From assembly GCA_052146355.1 (NCBI GenBank), contig JBKQNE010000082.1:1-24000 (forward strand): 24,000 nucleotides of DNA. The letters are read 5' to 3'. The DNA comes from Candidatus Binataceae bacterium (GTDB lineage Bacteria; Desulfobacterota; Binatia; Binatales; Binataceae). Both the position numbers and the translations under genes were made by a program. Below are positions 15,092 to 22,034 of the stretch, one piece after another. The notes beneath the pieces were generated by a model. It ran no database searches and was not told the origin of the DNA. It saw nothing but the letters and a program-made list of their open reading frames with translations. Numbering within the stretch: position 1 is the first letter of the stretch; each line of letters opens with the position of its first letter.

Positions 15092-16356
15092 TGGAAAAGA
15101 AAGCGATCGTAAAGCCGCTCATTGCCGGCGTTCTTTTTCTCGCTGTCGCCGCGATGGTTATCGGTCCGTCTAAAGCATTCGCCCACGGCGAAGCGGGTGA
15201 CGAACCGTTCCTGAAGGATCTCACCACCGCGTTCTACGACGTGAAAGTCTCTCCTACCGAAATCCATGTCGGCGAGCCGGTGACGGTTACCGGCACGGTG
15301 CGAATTCTCGAGACCTGGCCGTACACACTCGATCCGCCCGCGACTGCGTACATCACTCCCGTAGTGCCTGGTCCCGTGTTCGCGCTCCAGGATCGCACCG
15401 TCAACGGACAGTCCGCGCCCGGCTCGTTCTTTGTCGACCGGGGCGGCGTCTATCAATTCAAGATGGTCATCCTCGGCCGCGAGCCCGGACGATGGCACGT
15501 GCATCCTGGCATCGCGATCCAGGGCACGGGCACGCTCATCGGTCCCGGCGAATGGGTCAACGTCGCGCCAAGTGCCACGAAGTTCAGCTTCCCGATAAGC
15601 CTGCTGAGCGGACAGACGATCGATCTCGAAAGCTATAATGGCCGGTTCGTCTGGTGGTGGTCGTTCGCGGGGTTCCTGATCGGCGTCGCGTGGATGCTCT
15701 ATTGGACGCTCTCCAAGCGGACCGTGACTAACCTGGCCGTGACGTTGCAAATCGGCGTGAACGACGCCGCTCCGGATATCGGACTCATCACGCCGCGCGA
15801 CCAGATGTGGATGAACGTGTTTGCGGGAATTACCGTCGCGCTGCTGATCGTCGGATGGTTCTACGCGACCAATCGCTATCCGGTTCGATGGCCGCAGCAA
15901 ACCGCCTGGTTCACGCCCAAGATTATCGCGACCGATCAGAAGCTGGCCGAGGTAGAGCCGGAAGGTGCGATCTGGAACGATGGCACCGACACGCTGGTAA
16001 TGAAGGTGCAGGCGCGGAATATCAGCAATGCGCCCATCACGGTGAAGGAATTCATCATCGCGATGGCAACCTTCGTCAACGGCGGCGCTGACGAGCAGGC
16101 GAAGGCGGGGCCGCACGATTACGTGGGACAGCTCGAAGTTGAACCGAACACGCCGATCGCGCCGGGTGAGTCGAGGGAACTCACGCTCAAGATCACGAAC
16201 CCGGTGCTGAGCGAAGAGCGCCTGATTCCGAGCCGCGATCCGCAGCAATTCATCGCCGGGCTGCTCCGCTTTCAGAACGCCGGCGGCGGCGAACAATTCG
16301 TCACAACGCGCGTAAGCGTGGTCCCGACGCAGTTCAAGGCCCAGTACCTTCCCTGA
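15088..16356 (+). CDS. pmoB: copper membrane monooxygenase subunit B (PmoB/AmoB family)
   Basis: The signal peptide ends AFA, exposing H33-G-E. The RWH137VH139PG motif gives the His33/His137/His139 CuB ligand set with the same numbering as M. capsulatus PmoB. There are two central TM helices (FVWWWSFAGFLIGVAWMLYW and VFAGITVALLIVGWFY) and a C-terminal beta-rich domain. Confidence 0.9.
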   Translation: MMEKKAIVKPLIAGVLFLAVAAMVIGPSKAFAHGEAGDEPFLKDLTTAFYDVKVSPTEIHVGEPVTVTGTVRILETWPYTLDPPATAYITPVVPGPVFALQDRTVNGQSAPGSFFVDRGGVYQFKMVILGREPGRWHVHPGIAIQGTGTLIGPGEWVNVAPSATKFSFPISLLSGQTIDLESYNGRFVWWWSFAGFLIGVAWMLYWTLSKRTVTNLAVTLQIGVNDAAPDIGLITPRDQMWMNVFAGITVALLIVGWFYATNRYPVRWPQQTAWFTPKIIATDQKLAEVEPEGAIWNDGTDTLVMKVQARNISNAPITVKEFIIAMATFVNGGADEQAKAGPHDYVGQLEVEPNTPIAPGESRELTLKITNPVLSEERLIPSRDPQQFIAGLLRFQNAGGGEQFVTTRVSVVPTQFKAQYLP

Positions 16357-16402
16357 AACGGCGACCGCGCTCGATCGCTCAATCGTCAGGCGAGACTGCG
16401 CT

Positions 16403-16429
16403 GCGGGGATCGGGCGCTCAGATCCCCGC
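16403..16429. terminator. perfect 9-bp stem-loop between convergent pmoB and MAPEG genes
   Basis: GCGGGGATC (16403-16411) pairs with GATCCCCGC (16421-16429) around a 9-nt loop. There is no clear U-tract on either strand, so it may act as a bidirectional or Rho-assisted terminator. Confidence 0.4.
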
Positions 16430-16441
16430 CGTTCCGCAAAT

Positions 16442-16867
16442 CTAGGCCAGCACGACGCCGATGATTAGATTCACTATCAGCGCAACGGTGACTATCGATC
16501 CGATCGTAAAGGAAATCGTGCGCATCGGCTGGATCGAATTGAGATAGCAGATGGTGTGGACGATTCGCGCGATCATGAAAACGACGCAGTAGATCACGAA
16601 GGCTGTGACGGAAAGTCCTGCAGCTACATAGATCCAGGCGAGGATCAGGAACATCGGGATGTTTTCCAGGTCATTGCGCCACGCCCGCGCCGCACGCTGA
16701 ACGTCGGGCGTATCCTCGGCTCCCTCTTTGGCATGGAACGTTTTGGCGTCTTCCGGGTTGACGAATACTCCGGCTTTCATACGCCCGCGTCCTTGTGGGA
16801 TCGCGATCAGCGACATCTTGATAGCGAGCACAATCGCCGTAATCGCATACATCTTGAGCAAGGTCAT
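16442..16867 (-). CDS. MAPEG family membrane protein (microsomal glutathione S-transferase-like)
   Basis: 141 aa with four hydrophobic helices. The block RAARAWRNDLENIPMFL resembles the MGST1-type (R..RAH.N..EN...F) signature. GGAGA lies upstream of the ATG. Confidence 0.65.
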   Translation of the reverse strand: MTLLKMYAITAIVLAIKMSLIAIPQGRGRMKAGVFVNPEDAKTFHAKEGAEDTPDVQRAARAWRNDLENIPMFLILAWIYVAAGLSVTAFVIYCVVFMIARIVHTICYLNSIQPMRTISFTIGSIVTVALIVNLIIGVVLA

Positions 16868-16898
16868 GGTGTCATCTCCATCTCGCGTTAATGCGCGG

Positions 16899-17675
16899 CT
16901 ACCACGCGGTCATTCCGCCGTCGACGGGAATCGATGCGCCGGTCACGAACGATGCGGCATCAGATAGGATCCACGCCACCGCATTGCCGATCTCCTCAGG
17001 GCGGCCGGGACGCCCGATCGGTTCCTGGCTCATCAGCGAAGCCTTGAGCTTCTCGTTCTTCATCCATTCGAGGATCGGCGGCGTGCCGATGACGCCGGGG
17101 CAGATCGCGTTGATGCGGATATTCCTGGTGGCGTATTCGATCGCCGCGGTCTGCGTTATGCCAATTACGCCGTGCTTGGCTGCCGCGTACGCGCCCATCC
17201 TCGGCGCCGCCAGCAGGCCCGCTGTCGATGAGGTGTTGACGATCGAACCGCCGCCCTGCTTCATCATTTGGAGAATCTCGTACTTCATGCACAACCATAC
17301 GCCCTTGAGGTCGACCGCGAGCGTCTGGTCCCAATTCTCCTCGGTGTCTTCTGCCGTAAACGCAAAGCGCCCGGAGATGCCGGCGTTGTTGTGCGCACCA
17401 TCGAGCCGCCCCCACTTGGAGACGGCGGCGGCGATAAGCGCTTCCACATCGGCCGCGCGGGAAACATCGGCCTTGCAGAATTCCGCCTCGCCCTGCGCCT
17501 CGCGGATCAGTGTCGCGGTTTCTTCGCCGCGCCGCGTCGAGACGTCGGACACCATCACCTTGGCGCCCTCGCGCGAGAGCACAATCGCGGTCGCACGCCC
17601 GATACCGCCGCCCGCCCCGGTTACCAGCACAACTTTGTCTTGAAGCTTTCCAGCCACGATTACCTCGTTTCGCAT
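16899..17675 (-). CDS. classical short-chain dehydrogenase/reductase (SDR)
   Basis: TGAGGGIG cofactor motif, NNAG, a catalytic Ser in NTSS and Y-AAA-K (YAAAKHG). A GTG at 17657 preceded by GAGGT may be the true start. Confidence 0.85.
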   Translation of the reverse strand: MRNEVIVAGKLQDKVVLVTGAGGGIGRATAIVLSREGAKVMVSDVSTRRGEETATLIREAQGEAEFCKADVSRAADVEALIAAAVSKWGRLDGAHNNAGISGRFAFTAEDTEENWDQTLAVDLKGVWLCMKYEILQMMKQGGGSIVNTSSTAGLLAAPRMGAYAAAKHGVIGITQTAAIEYATRNIRINAICPGVIGTPPILEWMKNEKLKASLMSQEPIGRPGRPEEIGNAVAWILSDAASFVTGASIPVDGGMTAW

Positions 17676-17697
17676 CGCCCGCGGATGCGACGGAAAG

Positions 17698-18858
17698 TTA
17701 TTGAGCAGCGCTGCCGAGCGTTGCTGCCTGCGACGGCCGAGTGTCGCGAAAATGCGGAATCACGTATTTGCCGAACAGATCGATCGCATGCATGGTCTTG
17801 GCGTGCGGAATCGACCAGAACTGCATCATCGCAAGGAACTGATCGAGTTGCGCTTCCTTCTGAATGCGTTCGAGCTGCCGAATCGCGGTGTCGGGGCTGC
17901 CGCAAATGCACATGCCGTGATCGATTAGCGAGTCTATCGTCACCTTGCTCGGGTCGAGCCCCTCATATTGCGTAGGCAGTTCCGGCAGTTGGCCGGCGGC
18001 GGGATCTTTGGGGTCCACGCCGGTCTTCTTGGCTTCCAGCACCGTCGAATTCACTCGCAGTGTCGTTCCCACGTAGGACATGAATGCGCGCTCGGCCTCT
18101 TCGCGCGCCTGCTTGTCGGTGTCCGCAAGATGCGTCATCGAGAATGCGCCCGCTCGGTTGTTCGCGAAGGCGCCGTAGGGCTTGGCGGTCTTGATCGCGT
18201 TGCGATACGTGCGCACGCGCTGTCCCAGCTTCTCGGGCGTGACCAGTAGCGTGAAGGAGAGCAATCCCAGCCCCAGCTTGCCCGCCAGCTCGTGCGTGTC
18301 ATCGCTGGTGCATGCGACCCACATCGGAGGATGCGGTTTCTGGATCGGCATCGGCACCACCGTGCGCTGCGGAATATCGAAGTATTTGCCCTTGTAGGAG
18401 AAGGTGCCGTCCTTGCTCTTCCAGATGGTCGTGATGATGTCGAGCGCCTCTTCCCATCGCGCCCGGGTTTCCTTGTATGGAATTCCGAATCCGCCCAGCT
18501 CCACCTGGGTTATCGAGCGGCCGGTGCCGACTTCCACGCGCCCGTTACTCAGAATGTCGAGCGTCGCCACGCGCTCGGCGATGCGCACCGGATGGTTGTA
18601 AGGGAACGGCAGCAGCACGACGGCGTGGCCGATGCGGATTTTGCTGGTGCGTTGCGAGATGGCGCCGTAGAGCACCTCGGGCGCCGAGCAATGCGCGAAG
18701 CCAACCTGGAAGTGATGCTCCACGGTCCAGAAATTCGTGAAGCCCACTTCCTCGGCGCGCACCACCTGGTTCATCACATCGTGGAAGGCCTGATACTCGC
18801 GCTCGCGATGCTTGAGCGGGCTGTCGACCTGGATCTCATAGAAGATTCCGAAATCCAT
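17698..18858 (-). CDS. LLM-class (luciferase-like) flavin/F420-dependent oxidoreductase
   Basis: The N-terminal MDFGIFYE...AEEVGFTNFWTVEHHF, ...RIGHAVVLLPF.NHPVR.AE..A.LD.LS.GR...G.GRS pattern is typical of the luciferase-like monooxygenase fold. GGAGAAAG lies upstream of the ATG. Confidence 0.8.
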   Translation of the reverse strand: MDFGIFYEIQVDSPLKHREREYQAFHDVMNQVVRAEEVGFTNFWTVEHHFQVGFAHCSAPEVLYGAISQRTSKIRIGHAVVLLPFPYNHPVRIAERVATLDILSNGRVEVGTGRSITQVELGGFGIPYKETRARWEEALDIITTIWKSKDGTFSYKGKYFDIPQRTVVPMPIQKPHPPMWVACTSDDTHELAGKLGLGLLSFTLLVTPEKLGQRVRTYRNAIKTAKPYGAFANNRAGAFSMTHLADTDKQAREEAERAFMSYVGTTLRVNSTVLEAKKTGVDPKDPAAGQLPELPTQYEGLDPSKVTIDSLIDHGMCICGSPDTAIRQLERIQKEAQLDQFLAMMQFWSIPHAKTMHAIDLFGKYVIPHFRDTRPSQAATLGSAAQ

Positions 18859-19099
18859 CGTACTTTCTCCATGAACGCCGGCGTCGGGCGGGCGCGGGGC
18901 GAATCGTTCACAGCCTCAAGATGCGGGGCCGCGGGTTTGAGCGGACTCTACGACTGTTTGAGGGAATTTGCATAGAGCAGCGCGCGGTGGTTGGGAGCAG
19001 TAATATTCCAGATGGGCTGGCAATTCGATACGGACTCGGTTCAGGATTGCGAGAACGACGGGCGAGACCATTTTTTTCGTCCAGTCCAAGGAGCGTGTC

Positions 19100-20005
19100 A
19101 TGGGTGATCGTCTACAACCGATCGTCGCGATCGTGGGTGCCGGCGAGATGGGCGCTGCCGTCGGACGGCGCCTTCGGCAGAGTGGAGCGCGTGTGCTCAC
19201 ATCGCTGGCCGGACGTACCGGCGAGAGCGAGCGGCGGGTGCGGCAAGCGGAACTCGAAGTAGTCGACGATGACGCCGCGCTCCTGCGCGACGCGGATTTC
19301 GCGTTGTCCATCGTCCCACCCGGCGTGGCGGTTGAAGTCGCGCGACGATACCAAGCGCCGCTTGCGAGTGCCGCCAGGCAGCCGATCTTCGCCGACTGCA
19401 ACGCGATCTCGCCGGCCACCGCTCGCCGCATTGGTGACGTGCTCAAGGGTTGCCGCTATGTGGATGCAGGAATCATCGGCGGCCCACCGCCGGCGGATTT
19501 GAACGCCGCCGGTCCGCGTTTCTACGCATCGGGGCCTCACGCGCCCGAGCTTTCACGGCTGGCAGAGTTCGGCCTCGACATCGCAGTGCTCGATGGTCCT
19601 ATCGGCGCGGCATCCGGATTGAAGCTCAGCTATGCCGGACTTACCAAGGGCATCACGGCGTTAGGGGCTGCGATGGTCGGCGCTGCGGCGCGCGACGGTT
19701 TGGCGGATGCGCTTCGAAGCGAACTCGCCCGCACGCAGCCGCACATACTGGCGCGGCTGGAACGGCAGATTCCAGCGATGTTTCCGAAAGCCCATCGATG
19801 GGTGGCCGAGATGGAAGAGATCGCGGAATTTCTGGACGGCGACGATCGCGGCGCGATGATTTACAAAGGCGCCGCCCGCCTCTACGAGCAAATCGCGGCT
19901 CAGAACGAGCACGGTGCCTCGGGGGAAGGAGTTCGCGCGCTCACCGATTTCTGCACCAAGCCGGCGCTCGTTCATCACGATAATCGCACCCGAAAGCCAG
20001 GCTAG
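19100..20005 (+). CDS. NAD(P)-dependent oxidoreductase, 6-phosphogluconate dehydrogenase-like (NAD-binding domain plus DUF1932-type C-terminal domain)
   Basis: N-terminal IVAIVGAGEMGAAVGRRL dinucleotide fold and an all-helical C-terminal half. AAGGAG lies upstream of the ATG. Confidence 0.7.
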   Translation: MGDRLQPIVAIVGAGEMGAAVGRRLRQSGARVLTSLAGRTGESERRVRQAELEVVDDDAALLRDADFALSIVPPGVAVEVARRYQAPLASAARQPIFADCNAISPATARRIGDVLKGCRYVDAGIIGGPPPADLNAAGPRFYASGPHAPELSRLAEFGLDIAVLDGPIGAASGLKLSYAGLTKGITALGAAMVGAAARDGLADALRSELARTQPHILARLERQIPAMFPKAHRWVAEMEEIAEFLDGDDRGAMIYKGAARLYEQIAAQNEHGASGEGVRALTDFCTKPALVHHDNRTRKPG

Positions 20006-20249
20006 GGCTAAGACGACGACGAACCGCCACTATCCGAAGGCGTCATTCCGAAACTTTCCCTTGGGCGGTACGCAACCCGGGTCCCGGCGCAAAAAAAAGG
20101 AAACAAGTGAGTCCCAAGGAAAAGGCCTTCTCCCATAAAAAAAAGACAAGCGTCCGTCCTGAGTGAAGCCGAAGGATGGCGCGTTGCGCGCCGGATGATG
20201 GAGCTACCGGGATTCCTCAAGAAAGTTTCGGAATTACACAATAGATAAA

Positions 20250-22034
20250 TTAATTGGCCGGGGTTCTTTGCCAGATTTGCCAATAGGGTCCGCGTTGCAC
20301 CAATACCCATCCGTTCTTGAGGTAGGAGGGCGGCGGGCGATCCGTTCGAAGCACGGCGTATCGGACATGATACGCGTCCAGAAATTTTTCCGGATTGCGC
20401 GATACCTCGTCAAAGGCGCGGACAAATCGCTCAAGCTCTTCGTCCCGCGGGACTAGCCGAAGAGTGGGCGCGAAGGTCGCCTTGAGCTGATTTCGATCCG
20501 TCACACCCGCGAGATACTGATTCAGGCCATATCGGGCGTAGAGATCCGTGTTATCGACCGCCATGCTCACATAGAGAGTCCAGCCGGCCAGATCTCTCAC
20601 GCCTTCCCCGGCAACTGCCAGGTCACAGAAACGATCATCGCCTCCAATCATCGCGCCTGGGTTGAGCCCAGCCGCTTCCCCTCCAAGTCGCTGTGCCTTG
20701 TATTGAGCGTAGCTCTGAAGCTGCGTGCGCAGGTCGGGGTCGGTGCGCAGGCCAAGAGTCGAAACGTAGAGCCCCGTCAGGAAAAAGAGCACAACCGCCG
20801 TGCTCCACAGCCGAGTTAGCGCAGGCGAAAGCCGAAGTCGTTCGGTTACGATGGTAGCGGCTGCCAGGCACAAGAGTATTGATAAGGTCGGACGGGCAAA
20901 CCATTGCCAGTGATAGTCATGAAGATAAACTCCGGTAACCCAGGAGCTGAAACTCAATACAAACCCTGCCACGGCTAGACACCACAGATAGATCATTTGA
21001 TGGTTTCGGGAGACCAGCAGCCAGGCGAACAGAGCGCCGAACAGGCAAGGGATCAGGATCACGTCGTAGTGATGCAATGGATAGTAACTTTCCAGCCATC
21101 CGTGGGGTGCCGCGAATAATCCGAACCGTGCTTCCGCTTCCGGAGAAAAAGTGCGCTGTACCAGCGTGTCGTGTACAATCAAAGGGACTCCGGCAACAAA
21201 TCCGATTGCCAAGGTCTTCGCATACAGCCCCCGGGCCCTGTTGTCGACGAGAAAGGCCAGACAGAGCGCCGCCGCGACCATCGTCCAGGCGTAGAAATAC
21301 ACATAAAACAACAGCGCTAAACTGGCCCCCGAGATCCAGGTCCGAAGGCGACCCGGACGATTTCGGGCTGCGGCAACGGCAAGGATGTGCAGGAAGACGA
21401 ACGGCAACACGACCGCCGGATTAACCAATCGGTATTGGAACAGTTGCAGATCTATATTCCTGGCCGGGTTTATGAGCGCACCGGCCAGAACACCGATTTG
21501 GCGAATGAACGGATGGTAGTCAGTCCCGGAGCTGTCCGCCAGGAAAGCTATCGTGAGGCCTGCGGCTAACCACCGCCAGCGCAGAAAGTACCAAAACAGA
21601 GCGTACAATGATGCGGCCGCCGCCACCGATGCAAAGACGGTCCAGATTATCGGTATCGAAAACACACTGAGGCCGAATGCCCGCGCTAAATAAACCACCG
21701 GGATATACTGCGACCATGGGAAAAGGATAGGACCGTCCGGAACCGAGGGATCGGTGAGATATGGCACATGGTCAAAGTACGGTCGGGCCGCTATTTGAAG
21801 GTAGTAATCGATCTCAAGTTGATTGGGAGCCGACCAATCTCCGGTCTGCTGCCGTCCGTAGAGAAAAGGAGCAAGACCTAAAACCAGCGAAGCCGCGATG
21901 CACGCCAGTAACGGAATAAAGTCAGGAGCCGCCCTGCTGATCAATTGATCACAGCGCTTGAATAAACGTCGGTCCCTGCCAAGCCCGCTGCTATCAGGCG
22001 AAACCTCTGCTTCGCTGCCTGACGTCCGCGTCAT
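20250..22034 (-). CDS. large polytopic membrane protein with C-terminal soluble domain (possibly GT-C-like glycosyltransferase; family not recognised)
   Basis: At least 10 hydrophobic helices followed by a C-terminal domain of about 170 aa ending GWVLVQRGPYWQIWQR. ATG 22034 has AGGAAAGAG upstream and overlaps the TGA of the upstream paralog (ATGA at 22031-22034). The track's ATG 22097 is an alternative start. Confidence 0.75.
   Translation of the reverse strand: MTRTSGSEAEVSPDSSGLGRDRRLFKRCDQLISRAAPDFIPLLACIAASLVLGLAPFLYGRQQTGDWSAPNQLEIDYYLQIAARPYFDHVPYLTDPSVPDGPILFPWSQYIPVVYLARAFGLSVFSIPIIWTVFASVAAAASLYALFWYFLRWRWLAAGLTIAFLADSSGTDYHPFIRQIGVLAGALINPARNIDLQLFQYRLVNPAVVLPFVFLHILAVAAARNRPGRLRTWISGASLALLFYVYFYAWTMVAAALCLAFLVDNRARGLYAKTLAIGFVAGVPLIVHDTLVQRTFSPEAEARFGLFAAPHGWLESYYPLHHYDVILIPCLFGALFAWLLVSRNHQMIYLWCLAVAGFVLSFSSWVTGVYLHDYHWQWFARPTLSILLCLAAATIVTERLRLSPALTRLWSTAVVLFFLTGLYVSTLGLRTDPDLRTQLQSYAQYKAQRLGGEAAGLNPGAMIGGDDRFCDLAVAGEGVRDLAGWTLYVSMAVDNTDLYARYGLNQYLAGVTDRNQLKATFAPTLRLVPRDEELERFVRAFDEVSRNPEKFLDAYHVRYAVLRTDRPPPSYLKNGWVLVQRGPYWQIWQRTPAN

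Noticed and set aside
15052-16296. 414-aa ORF on the minus strand
   Set aside because: It is entirely antisense to pmoB, which has unmistakable family signatures. Its Arg-rich composition is typical of antisense frames in GC-rich coding DNA.
13104-16356. Calling the enzyme a methane monooxygenase (or ammonia monooxygenase) specifically
   Set aside because: Family membership is clear, but substrate specificity cannot be inferred from motifs alone. No methanol dehydrogenase, hydroxylamine oxidoreductase or C1-assimilation genes are in the window.
16891-17643. 250-aa plus-strand ORF, and 18292-18975 (227 aa) plus-strand ORF
   Set aside because: They are antisense to the SDR and LLM genes respectively. 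Both of those have textbook motifs in the minus-strand frame.
3503-20049. Shared octamer GTCATTCC at 3503 and 20042 as evidence of a dispersed repeat family within the window
   Set aside because: An 8-mer is expected to recur by chance in 48 kb of two-strand sequence, and no extended similarity flanks the second site.
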